Source of the DNA: Adineta vaga
Taxonomy: Eukaryota > Animalia > Rotifera
Length of the DNA stretch: 64,000 nucleotides
Assembly: GCA_021613535.1 (NCBI GenBank)
Contig: CP075496.1
Coordinates: 3,410,001 to 3,474,000, forward strand
Direction: 5' to 3'
Both the position numbers and the translations under genes were made by a program. The notes beneath the pieces were generated by a model. That model did no database searches and was not told the origin of the DNA. It saw only the letters and a list, made by a program, of their open reading frames with translations. Shown here piece by piece: positions 1 through 13,017 of the stretch; positions within the stretch are counted from its first letter, which is position 1; the number at the start of each line of letters is the position of its first letter.

Positions 1-179
1 TATTCATCAAACAAAAAAAAAACTTTTCTACATTATCAATTTCTTTTATTCTATTCAAACAAAACAATTTGTCCAACCAGAACAGACAAAATAGAACATG
101 ATACATTAATTTTAAAAAAGTGATAACAAAAAGTAACACTTATTCAAAAATGAAGCAAAAAAATGGAAAAAATCAAACG

Positions 180-1620
180 ATTACAACAAAATCAACAGAA
201 AACAAATCGTGCAAAATAAGTGAGATGAAGTTCACAAACAAGTTCTCGATGTTGACTTGAAGATAAATTAGCAAATTAATCTCATGTGAAATCAATGTCT
301 AGGTCATCCATTTTACGAATAATATGACTCAATAAATGTTGCACTACAAACAAAAAAGTAAAATCAACATCTGTTAAGATTATTAATCAAAAGAAGACTG
401 ACATTATTGTTTTTCCTCTCAACAAGATCAGATGATACATCACATTAAGATCTTCATTCTTGATTTCAACTGTAAGTGTATTAACATCACTATCAAGTGA
501 AAACAATTGACTATAATCAACTGAAACATCTTCACCCATTTCTCAACCGCGCAACCATCGAAATTTAACTAAATATTAAGGAGACAAATATTTCAATAAA
601 TCTTCTCATACAAAGTATTTCTTACTCGATTCCATTGAAATGTACCGAACTAATTATTTCGATTTAGTGGTCGTTTCATTCCAACTAATGTGTAATTTTG
701 TGAAAGAAAAATGAACATCGATCTAACAAACAACATAAATAAATTAACCGTTGTAATTCACTACAAACTATTCGATGAACTGATGGCACCAGATCTTTAT
801 TTCCAGAAGATTCACCACTGTACAATGTCAGATTCATCTGTTTACGATCGGCATTGAGCTACACCATCGGAAGATAAAGAAAATAGTGGATGAGAATGAA
901 AAATATGAAGCAAAAAACATACTCTGAGAAGATCTTCATTTGATATTCGGACATCAAGTCTAATATCTGTATCATGATCGGCACAGAGAGAAGTATTTGA
1001 TATTGGATTCAAACCTAAACTACACAGAATAACAGTTTTTTTTTCATCTTCTTGGTCGAGTCTAAAGGATAACAAAAAGAAAAGAAATAAATCTTCTTGA
1101 AATTACTCTCATTGTTTCTGTCTAACCTTAATTCAATCGCTGATGCATATATCATTGCAGTCAATGATGGTGATGGACTATGAATTGAAGACATATACGT
1201 TGTGTGACGAAGTGAAATAGTTTATCGTGTTTGTGAAAAATAAACACTATATACCACAAGTAAACGACGATAATTTCAATGTTATTCTTCTTCTAAGCTC
1301 ACAGTATTAATAAAATCACCAATGATTTGAATACGACGGCTCTTTGTTGTATAATGATATGACGAATGATTTGCTTCTAGTAGTGAATATGGATCTATGA
1401 GAAGAAAAATAACATATCATATCAGATAAATATATTCCTTTGTTTAATTTACCGATTTATGTTACTGGTTGACCAATTTCTTTTCGCTCATAAACTTCAT
1501 ATAATCCTTTCGAGACATGAATCGGCTACCACTTGATTGTGGTCACACTCTTCACCCTTATTCACCCTGTCAGTTTTTCGATTCGTTTGAGTGTTGTCCG
1601 TAACCAAGCAGACACGCATG
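180..1620 (-). pseudogene. possible decayed cadherin-family gene fragment
   Basis: Minus-strand frames give cadherin-like pieces (EDVSVDYSQLFSLDSDVNTLTVEIK, LCADHD, PSPSLTA, GLYEVYERKEIGQPV) broken by stops and frameshifts, with GT-AG intron-like gaps. No intact ORF; the assignment is weak. Confidence 0.3.
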
Positions 1621-2408
1621 AATCATTAGTCTAGATATATTACTTGGATCAATAATTGATGAAAGATCTTTTAAATGACTAGCAAATCGGTGAGGATCAC
1701 AATATATTCAATAAACATGTTTCGCTATAAAGACAAAGACAAAAACAAACAGGATTGTCTAGTTTTTTTCATTCATTTTAGAATAGAAAGATCTTACTTC
1801 GAAAAACACATGATATTCGTATGCTTGTTCAGCAAAAACGTTTTGAATAAAACTTTGTCGAAGTGTCCATTTGTCTCATCTCATTGTAATGTTGATGTAT
1901 TCTAGTGGCCAATCAATTTGTGAATAATATACAACATTTGATCGAATTGACCATAATTGACAATGAAATGAAAGCGGAGATATTTTGTCTGCTGATGAGT
2001 CAAATGTAAATACTAACAGAAAAGAAAAATAAACAACACCGTTATTTTATTCATAAGAACTTACGTTAATTAATTCATACGTGTTCTGTTCTTCATTCCT
2101 TCCTTTTCCAATCAGCAAAAAAGAAACAAACTTTTTTGAAAATGAAATAGATTTTCTAATTGAATTATTTCATTAGTTTTTGGTTCACTTGTACCAATAT
2201 ACAATTATCTAAAATACAAACAATCGAAGTCGAATTTTTACCAAAATATTTATTTTATTTAAAACTACAAATTACAATCAGTGGTCGAGAGAGGTTTACG
2301 TATCGAAATAGGGTTTTCCTGTCTTTCTGACCTTCTTATGTCTTTCTTTAATGATGTCGTTAGTGTATGTATATACATTTATCTATATTTTTCTTTTCTG
2401 ACATATTA

Positions 2409-3656
2409 TTGGGTTGTCAACAAAGTTCTGTCGTTTTTTTCTAAAATCATGTAGAATAACCTAGAAAGTTCTAGAAGTTTCCATACTAAGGGTATATATA
2501 TATATATAGGACATGAATGTCTTTCGAATGATAAAAAAATCATCGATATGGACGTTGATGTCGAATCAGAAATAAATCTTTCTCATAGAGAGATTCGGGT
2601 GCTTTTACTTCATGAATTTCGTTTGGGTCACAAAGCAACGGAAGCAGCCAACAACATATGCGGTACGATGGGTCAGGGTCTAGTCTCCACTCGTACCGCG
2701 CAACGTTGGTTCAATAATTTCAAGAATGGGGATTTAGAACTCGACGATGCACCTCGATCCGGTCGACCAATGGAACTGGATGTGGATTTTCTAAAGCAGC
2801 TTATCGAACAAGATCCTCGATCGACTTTACGGTGTTTAGCAGAGCAGCTTGGGTGTTCTCATACTACGGTGGAAAAACATCTGAAAGAATTAGGCAAGAC
2901 CTGAAAATATGGAGTATGGATACCTCATGAATTATCGTCACATCAACTGCAACAGAGAGTTGATACATGTATGGATTTAATCACATCTCATCGCAACTAT
3001 CAATTGTTATCCAATCTGATTACTGGCGATGAGAAGTGGGTGTTGTATGTTAATTACACGCGTGGACGTCAGTGGTTGAGGACTGGTCAAACAGGCGTAG
3101 CAACACCGCAGACTGATCCACATCCTAAGAAGTTGATGCTGAGTGTCTGGTGGAGTATTAAAGGAGTTATTCATTGGGAAATTCTACCAAATGGTTACAC
3201 CATCACTGCTGATCTGTACTGTCAACAATTGGATCGGGTTGCAGAGAAACTCAAAGGAAAGCAGGATCGAGTTTATTTTTTACATGATAACGCAAGACCA
3301 CACATTGCAAAGTTGACCCGTGAAAAATTATTGAAGCTTGGTTGGATTACGGTTCCTCATCCACCTTATTCTCCTGACTTGGCTCCAACAGACTACCATT
3401 TGTTTCGTTCTCTTTCGAATGATTTACGTGATAAAAAGTTCAAAGACGAAAGCGATGTCAAAACGAAGCATGTCAAGTTCTTTGATGAAAAATCTCAGGA
3501 CTTCTACGAGCGCGGGATCATGTCTCTGCCAGAACGTTAGCGACAAGTGGTAGATAGTAATGGTAAATATATATCTGAAAACTAGTTGTACTTTTGAAGT
3601 GAAAAAACAAAAATAAAATTTTTGAAAAAAACGCCAAAACTTTGTTGACAATCTAA
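2409..3656 (+). mobile_element. mariner (Tc1/mariner, DD34D) DNA transposon, full length, about 1.25 kb
   Basis: 32-bp imperfect TIRs at 2409-2440 (ttgggttgtcaacaaagttctgtcgttttttt) and 3625-3656 (4 mismatches). TA target-site duplication at 2407-2408 and 3657-3658. Internal transposase. Confidence 0.95.
2548..3585 (+). pseudogene. mariner transposase with two premature stops
   Basis: HTH region (RSGRP), WIPHEL, ITGDEKW, LHDNARPH and YSPDLAPTDY motifs. In-frame stops at 2902-2904 (TGA) and 3538-3540 (TAG); the frame continues to TAG at 3583-3585. Confidence 0.93.
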
Positions 3657-5597
3657 TAGATTATCTTTACTTTATTTGTTCATTTCAATACATATGTGTA
3701 TATATACATCCTTTATTCTTTTCTTTCTATACATATCAATATCAACATAAAGCAAGACAACAGTATCATACAAATAAAACATTTTTTTTCTCTATTTGCA
3801 ATTATTTTTGCTTAATTTCATACATTTTTCATGATTTAATTAAAGATTTTGAAATACAAAGAAACTCTGCTGATATAAACATCATTAACGTTTTCATGAT
3901 CAATTTCTTCATACTATGTTGATTCGTGTAAATGAACCTTTAACATAAAATATTGAGAATGATAATATAAACGAACTAATCCAAAGATAAACTAAATTTT
4001 GTTGTTGAATTATCGAATATTTTTCCTTATTTCTATTGGAACTAATTATCATCACTTAATATGTATTTGTTGATTATATTCATAAGAATATCATAAATTT
4101 CAAAGTTAAAGAAAATGAAACCAAAGATTTTTAAAAGAAAAATAGATCGTTTTTTTTTCTATTTATTTTGACTTTTTAAACATTGATAAGTGAATAATAA
4201 GTACAAAACATTTGAATAAAAACATTTAAATCTCTTATATGAAAATATGAATCAAGGAATATATTTAGATTACATCCATAACATTATCATTTACTTTTAG
4301 ACCATTTAATAATTATTAGAAAAAATCAAAATTGTTTTTTTCTTCATAGACACACTTGAATAACCATTGTTTTAGAAATTCGACTAAATATATTTTCTTC
4401 TATTATCAATGATAACAATTCAATAAGAACTCCATTCAACGTAAATATAATCTTTTCAATCAACATCCAACAAATCAGTTTTCTCTACTTGATTTACGAA
4501 GTTCAGAAGGACATATTAATTATTAAAATAATTCGAACAATATTCTACAGACATTCTTTTGTTTAATATCATTTAACAATTCTTATTTCAATATCATCAG
4601 TATTTCACCATTGTAAGATATCAAGAATAATATTTTATGCTAATATCAATGTTTTTCCCTTTTCTTTTTCCGATTAAGATAATGAATGAATTATTTTGAA
4701 TAAGCTCAAATGCTTAACATCCAATAAATGTAAATATACACCAATTCATCGAAATATCATTTCAAAAACCAAATCAACAAAACCTTTTCATTCAGAACTG
4801 CATTTTACATCTACTTCCTCAAAGAAGAAAATATTAATAAAATATTTATTTAGAATTGAATTAATAAGAAAACACATCTATAACTCATAATCTCAATATT
4901 TATTTCTATTGAAATTACAAAATAGTGATATATGTTAATTCATTTTAACTGAAAGACGACTTTGACGAAGTTTCATCTATTGATCACTCTTACTGAATAA
5001 ACTATTTTAATATATTGCATAGTCAATTATTTAAACTTTCTGTTATAATTATCAACTGAACAAAAGAAAACTATCCATAAGTCAGTTGTCAAGATTCCGA
5101 AAACTAATGTGATTGAAAAGGAGGTAAAAAGACGAAGTAACAAGGATTCACATTCATCGTAAGTGGTTTTTGTTGTTAAACATTTCTATTTTTGACTTCG
5201 CTTTCGTTTTTTAGTTGCAAACGTTCATCAAAGAAATCGTCAAGAAAACGATTAAATAACAAAATTCGTAGTAAAAACTCTAAATAAATATTGAAGAATG
5301 AGTTCACGAAAAAAAATGCTGTGGAATGTTCGAATTGCAAATAAATGGAAGTTAAAAATCTATTAAAATTGGTTTTTGAAATTATTTGGAATGGAAATAT
5401 AAAACTGAACTCTATATTTCTAATTCAATATGAACTTGATACTATTTTATTTTCGTTGTTTATATTTAATTCCATATAACTGAAGTAAAAGAACAATGAA
5501 AAGCAAGTATTTCTCCTACAAAGGTCTGTTTGAATTGTGCAATCGAAAATGAAGATGAAGAAATGTCCACTTTCAGTAAAATTAGATTCGAATACAG

Positions 5598-5732
5598 TCA
5601 AGAATGTCTTGGAAGAGAACGTCCTTACAAAAATGTTCTTGGCTTTTGGTCCACGGACAAAAGATCCTCGCATAAAATGTTCTCTGCATAAAATATCCTT
5701 CGCAAAAATGTCCTTTTACAAAAAAAGTCGCC
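5598..5732. repeat. degenerate tandem repeat with a 15-16 bp period (caaaaatgtcct-like), probable DNA-transposon/MITE remnant
   Basis: About 8 imperfect copies: caagaatgtctt, gagaacgtcctt, caaaaatgttctt, caaaagatcct, cataaaatgttct, cataaaatatcctt, caaaaatgtcctt, caaaaaaagtcg. Confidence 0.45.
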
Positions 5733-6025
5733 AGTATTACTATAGTTAAAAGTATGAAAGATGAGATTTAATTTCGAAGAGTGTTTAAAACTTTATTGAA
5801 TTAGTCATTCAGGTGTAAATGGGCAAGTGAGGGCGAGAGATGAATCATGAAATGAAACACTGCATACACCCATACCCTCAAAAGAAAGTATTTTTTTTGA
5901 ATGGATCATATCTATCTCAATCGATTTCATGATGAAAAGAGAAGTTTAAAATCTGGAGATTTTTAATGAATCTAGTTTTTCAAAATTAACATAGAAAGAA
6001 AAGAAACAATAAAAGAAGTTGAATT

Positions 6026-6753
6026 TTAATCTTGACGACCTTTTAATTCTCGTACAGTTATTTTATCTTTTTCGATAACATAGACAACTGCACCCCAACC
6101 ACTTGCTGAATCACGATCAACTCCATTTAATAAAGCTTGTGATGTTGCTTCAAATAATTCATCTGGATTCATATTTGGTTTAAAAAAGAGTTCACCTATT
6201 TATGAAGCAAATTATAATAATTGAATTAATTCAATGTATTTTTCTTACCAAGACCAAAGATATATTCACTAGCTGTACCAACTGTTGCTAGATTGACGTT
6301 GTCACTTATAGCACCAATATTATCCGAATCATAAACGAATGTTTCGCCCGTTTTAGGATCAAGACCAACAACAAGTGCAAAGACAAAATAAGGTCCAAAT
6401 CGTCTTTCATATAAGAGATTAGTTAACATATTATAGAGAACGACTGGTTTTAATTTTCTTTGTTCGCGTAATTCATATAAATTCGTACGAAATTTCAAAC
6501 GTTCCGATACCGTTTGAACCTTTTAAAAATAAAGTTGATAATTTTTGTAATTTATCTTGAGAAAACTTACATCAGTAGCTAAGCCACAAAATGAAACAAA
6601 GCAATGATCACTATATTGAAATATTTTTGTAAAATTTGTCGCAATTGTTCGATTTTGTACACCATAACGTTTATCACATGCGATTGCGACACATTCTTTT
6701 CCTTTCATTGCTAATGCAACACCACCATTGTATGATAAAATGTCATCACCCAT
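6026..6753 (-). CDS. PSMB3: 20S proteasome subunit beta type-3, 3 exons
   Basis: [31 protein letters not shown]...GLATD / [10 protein letters not shown] / [31 protein letters not shown]. Confidence 0.95.
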
Positions 6754-6862
6754 TTTCTTTTCTTTTCAAATCTACAATGAGATGATTTCAATAAATAACC
6801 GAACAAGATAATACAATAATGTTGAAAGGACAACGAAAAAAAAAAGAGAAGAAAATCGAAAT

Positions 6863-8360
6863 TTAAAAGAGTGGAATGTAGTTATCGATTCTAAAGAAAA
6901 CGATTGAAATAAGATCAATGAAAATTACACGAAGAAGAATATTCCTACCGTGCGCGATGTTTCTGTGAGATACATTCAGCAATCCAAATGATATTACGAT
7001 TTTCTTGTTCTTTCAATTTTAAATAAGCATAAAAAATTCCAAAATGAAATTGACGAAGAAAAGCATTCATATTTAATTTAACCTAATGAAATAGATTATG
7101 CAATTTTCATTGAAAAGAAAAGGAAAGTTTCAGTTTGTTTACTTCATGTTCAAAAAATCTATCTTCAATTGTTTTATCACCGCTGTTTGTTCCTGATCCA
7201 TCGAATAGAATTTTGTATTGCTGAAATATAAACAATTTATTTGTCGAAAGAAATCTTTTGTTAAACTAACCGAATAACGAGAAGCTACATCTCGAACAGC
7301 TTCATAATTATCCGTTCGTCGTAATTCTTGTAAACCATCGGGATGTAAATGACCACAGGTTGGATAAAGTTTTGCTCGATCATCTTGTGTTAAACCGGTA
7401 TCAAATGAATTAATAGTAATCATAAATGCTCGACGATCGGCTTCAAACTAAAACGAGACAATTATGATCATCATTCTCCTTTGGATATTCATATTTACAT
7501 ACAGCGAGAATTTCACACATTACTTCACCTGTAACACCACCGAGTTTCTTGCAAAAATTATAAAAATCTTCAAGATATGCCTAGAAATATAAACATATCA
7601 TTATTAGTTTAGAAAATATACAAGTCCGAATTTGTTTCTGTTACTTTATAAAGCGTACTACGAATAATTTCAACATTCAATTCATCCAGATCATGTTCAG
7701 AAATACAATCAATAAAATACGGTGCTAGAAAAATCAAATGATTCTACTTTTCGTTTTAATCAATCAATTACCTAATGGTGTATCGACCAGAACAGCTGTA
7801 TAAAGTTGAGCTGGTGTGTCAGCAACTGTTATAGCTCCAAGTTGTTCAAAACTTCCCAATGGATGACAACGTGGTAAAAGATCACCAATAGCACGTTGAT
7901 GAAGTGTACCCGTGATTAATAAGACAATATTATCAATCATATAAGCATATCTAATAAGAAAAGACCTTAGTTCTTTTCTCTCTCTCTCTCTGTTTAAACT
8001 TACGTTATATAATCCAGAAAGGTTGATAATGGTTCATAGGATATATTTCTTAAATGTTGAAATTCTTGAACAAGTTTTTCTCGTAAACGATCATCAATGA
8101 CATTAACTGTTAAAGGACTTGCTTCATTAGCCAAAAAACTTCCATAATCAGTTGATTGTAGATGAAGTCTTAAGTCTATATCGATAACAATCATACGAAT
8201 AGTTTTTTTCTCACATTATAATTTGAAAAAACCTACCTTCAAGTGTTTCACATTGCACTAAATTATGATAGTCAGCTGATTTTAAAATTCCACTTTTAAA
8301 ACCTCGACATAAACCTTCAGCATATCCATGATCAAGATTGAAAAATAAATCGTCTTTCAT
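6863..8360 (-). CDS. ATP6V0D1: V-type proton ATPase subunit d, multi-exon
   Basis: [24 protein letters not shown]..., [65 protein letters not shown]. Confidence 0.95.
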
Positions 8361-8587
8361 TCTATAAACACGTCTAAAAATTAAATAAACCAACTAGGAT
8401 TAATTTGATCACTTTAATCAGAAAACGAATCTGTATACAAATGATAAAAAAAAAGAAGAAGAAAAATAAGATTCATGTTTATACATGACAATAAGAACAA
8501 AGAGATTAAGTTCAATCGAATAATAATCGGTATAGATAATTAAATAGAAAAGTAGGAATGTCTAGTAGATGAATCACATAAAAGAAA

Positions 8588-11500
8588 CTAATGTGAAGTA
8601 CGTGCAGTGTCAGTAAAGAAATCCAGTAGATTGTCTACAGTAAATTCTAGTTGTATATTGGAATTTGGATAGCAAACTTCAATTAGTTTCCTCATTCGCT
8701 CATATTCTTCAATAACAAGTGTTTGAATATCATGCCAAATGGCCTAAATAAACGAAATCGTTCAATATTGTTTTTGATTGGATGCGAAGTACATACTTGC
8801 GTAAGAGAAGAATTTTCTGATAGATGTTTTTCGATTTTTTTATAGAGATTTTCCAAACCTCGTTTAACCTAAATCGAAAACATGTAGATGAGAAGTTCAC
8901 GAATGAAGATTATACTTCTTTAGGTGGATGTTCACGAACGAGACGTCGTAATTCAATAACACTACAATCACTTTGAAATTGAACATCTTCATCTTTAGCT
9001 AAACGTTTACGAAGTTCATCAACACGTTCAAAAAATGCCTTTAAAAAAAGATTGATTCTTTAAGAAAGAATTGAAAATTGTTTCTTTAATTCTTACATGT
9101 AATCGTTCAAATGGAAATCCACAATATTCACGTTCATATTCAGCTTTTGCTGCATTATAATTTTTTCTTGCTTCTTGTTTTTCCGTATCTAATGCAGTTA
9201 ATTTCTTGATACCCATTATATCTATTGAATAGAAAATTATTCAAGACGCAAATCATAAACATTTCGTTTTACTTACGGTGCATCTGATGATAGTTTTCTA
9301 AACAAAGAACATAATTGCTTAAACTTAACATCTGTTTGTTTTATGTTACAAAGATTCTATTTTCTTACCAAGTCGAATCATAGAATGAGGTGTTTTCGGA
9401 TCATTCGCCATTCCAGCTGCACACTGTTCAATTCCACGAAAAATTGCTGCTACTAAATTCTTGTATACTCTATGTAAATCGACTGCTCTTGCTGATTTAT
9501 CGAAAATCATTTCGGCTTCGTCACTAAATTCCTAAAATACAAATTTCATCAATCGTAAAATTTTCCTTTTTCTAAATTTTAACTTTTCTACTCACTGCAA
9601 AATAATTGACAAATGGTAAAATTCCTACTCGACGACCTTTGATTGGTCGATATTCATTGATTCGTAAACAAACATCACTCTAAATTGAAAAGTTCATTTT
9701 ATTCTCTTTAGATTATATTCAACGAAACGTACGACATAACTATCCACTTCTCGTTTCAATAAGATTAAATTTCCAGCAAATAATTTATTAAGAAATGCGC
9801 CATAATTTTGCACAGCAATTGTATGTTCACTCATACGTACGAATAGATAAAGAACCGTACTAGAGAAAGAAAAATATTGTAAATCTTTCTTTTTCAAAAA
9901 ATACTTATGAATACATACAATGGATCAACACCTTTGATATGAACAATTAAGGATTTAATATCACTATCTAATGGTTCGAATAATTCCGACAGCATTTGTC
10001 TAAAAAATGAAATATTCTGTTTCATTGTAGTGAAAGAAGATATGATCATTTACTTTAATCCAGATGAACTGAAATTTTCGATACTTTCTGTTGATTCTGG
10101 TGCATTCTAATATGAGAAAAAAGGTGAACAAATAAAATTCATCAGTAGAACAACGTACTTCACCCGTAATGGCTTCTTCTTCGAGTGAATAGAAAAAGTT
10201 GACACAAAATAATTGTTCTTCACGTACAGTTGGTGCGATTTGACCAAGAACACGATCAAAAATCTATTGAATCGAAAAGATAGTTTTCTTCTTTGAAAAA
10301 AAAAACTATCCAATACTTTATCACATCGTGTTCGAAAGTCTTTTGTTGAATTTTTTAATGAAAATGGATCATAATCTGCTACATTACTCATCGATTGAGC
10401 TTGCATCGATTGTCGATCTCTGCGAATAGTATTCAATGTTGAAACAGATCCAACTGAATCATAGGAAAACATAGTTTCGAATTTAAATAAGAACTTTCTT
10501 ACCAGCACGTTTCTCCGGCATTGTAGCAACACCTTTAGTTACGCCTAATCGAGCTGATTCAAAAAAGCCATGAATTTCTTTAGCATAAATTGGTCGAATT
10601 TGTAAAATATAAGCCTAGGATAGCAATGAAATCGTCTAAAATTCAATGAATAAGAAAGTCAATTCTTACTTGACAAACTTCTCTAAAATGTCCTGGTGAT
10701 GAGACTTTTAACCATTGACATAAAGGACTAAAAGGTATTAATGCTCTAGCAATCTTATCACCATGACGTGGTAATTCATTACCACCTAGTTCAAAACGAT
10801 CTCCATATTCTTGAGACTAGAAAAAGAATGATAAATCATAGATATGCACAGAGTTGAATCTTTGCTTAAATTAAGAAGATCAAATCGAATGAACTTACAT
10901 GGAAGAGAAATTTACTACTAAGAAAATTTTTACATCGTAATGAAAATGATTTTTGTGTTTGTTCGAGTAATTCTCGTCTCTGTCGAATAGCTGCCATCTT
11001 TTCCATTCCTACATATCAATTTCAAATAGAAATAATTAGTTTTCTTCAACTTCAAAAAGAAAAACATTTCCAACCTGGTTGTAATTGTACTCCTAATGCT
11101 TGAGTTAATAAAGTCGCTACTTGTATACATTTCGTTCGATCATTATCATTGGTTAAGTCACTATTTTGTAGTAATTGAACATAATCATCTGAAAAGTCTT
11201 GCATTTCCTTTACAAAAAGAAAAGAAACAAACAAATGAAGAATAATCAATCGTATAAATCAACAATTACTTACAAGTAAATTTTCTAATGCTTCACTTAG
11301 TTTTTGAACATTGGCTGTTTCAATCTGTATCAATGAATCTTTTCGGCTCATGATCTTCACTGCATCAGCAACGGTCTAAATTTTACAAAAGAAAACTTTG
11401 TTTTCATCTTATATTATAACGAATTCTTCGATGTACACTCAGTTTTTTCTCGTAAAGATTCAAACGATCATCAATCTTTGATATTTCTTCGACAGCTTTA

Positions 11501-11754
11501 TCTAACATATTCATTAATTGAACAGCACCTTTTTCCGAAGCCATTACTGTTTCAACATTTGCCTAGAAAGAAAGAAAGAAAAGAAAAAATAGAATTCAAA
11601 GATAAATTCTACTTACGACATCAAGATCAGTTAATCGTTGTTGAAGCATATCAACAAATCGTTCTGCATCTTTGATTGCAAAGTCATATTCTGACATAAG
11701 ATTGGTTAAATCTTGTTCTTCTTGTTGAGTTATGGCATCCCATGTTTCGGGCAT
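8588..11754 (-). CDS. EXOC1: exocyst complex component 1 (Sec3), multi-exon, apparently lacking the N-terminal PH-like domain
   Basis: MPETWDAITQQEEQDLTNLMSEYDFAIKDAERF resembles the Sec3 coiled-coil start. The C-terminus PPKEVKRGLENLYKKIEKHL...IEVCYPNSNIQLEFTVDNLLDFF matches the EXOC1 tail. Confidence 0.85.
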
Positions 11755-13017
11755 TGCGGAACAATATGCTACGTGTTATAAACTTTCTATATCGATCTGA
11801 AACATTCACTCAATTTAAGATAGAACAAAAATAATCAAACATACATGTGTAAGAAGTCTGATTCTAGTTAAATCATCTTATTAAAATGATGAATGCTATC
11901 TCGTATTCGTCATTCTAAGTAATTGGTTTCAGATTTGTATCATTGATTTAAACTTTTTTCTATACGAATTACTAATTACGTTCATCATTTCTAAAAAACC
12001 TTAAAGAACGAGAAAAGTACATTTAAAAATCTTTGACTTCTGGATGATATGATATGTCTATCAGTACAAATCTATCCTTCAATACAATATTCATATACTC
12101 GTATCGTATACATACATACATATAGTAGATATACAAATAAAGATAATGTATAGTGTATGGTAGAAAAAGTTCTATCGTTTAACCTATCAATAGTGAATGT
12201 ATTTTACACTATCGACATCTACATTCGAAGATTACTCATTTCCTTTCCTAGTGAAACCAAGAAGACTAAAATGATGGATTGTGAAATACACAAACATAAG
12301 AGATCTATGAAGACCAGGACTTCCAATAGAATGAGGTTGAGATCTTCCATGGAGTGATTGTTCTGTTCCGTAGTAAGACGAAAACTCTAGAAAGAGATCA
12401 TCATATTAATTTAGTCCTTATAACTTTCCAAGATGAAAGTATTCGATAATAAAATATATATTCTGATCCTATTTTAAACGTCTCACCAGACGTTGTCTAT
12501 CAATAAAACATGAAAACTAATTTGTTTTCTTCTCGAATAATTCACAATAACAAATAAACATATCGAATGACATCGAAGTGAGAAATAATGTCATTGATAC
12601 ACTTGTCAATGGACTTCATTTACCATTTGATTTTTATTTCATCGATCTAAATGTACTGACGTAATAAGTAATTTAAATACGTTAATCGATGTACAGTTGC
12701 AACGGTAAAGATATATCTCAATATTAGCACTAAATTTCTAAACAATTTATTGAATTGAAAAACATGTATAAAATCGATGTTTATTGATGAAAACCAGTTT
12801 TTGTTGAGAACTAATCAAAAGAAAACCTCAAAAATTAGTAAAAAAAAACGAGCATAGTATTAAACATAATGAAGTAAGAAAGTGATATCACCAAAAATCG
12901 TCGACAGAAAAATTCAGTTAAGAAAGTTATTACTCACAAAAAAATGCTTGATTTCTTTTTTATTGTTCTTACTTTTCAATTATTATTAAAAACTTTAATG
13001 TAAATTTCGAAATTCCC

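Noticed and set aside
3750-5100. Possible decayed minus-strand gene
   Set aside because: It has protein-like fragments but many stops and no recognisable motif, so it cannot be assigned.
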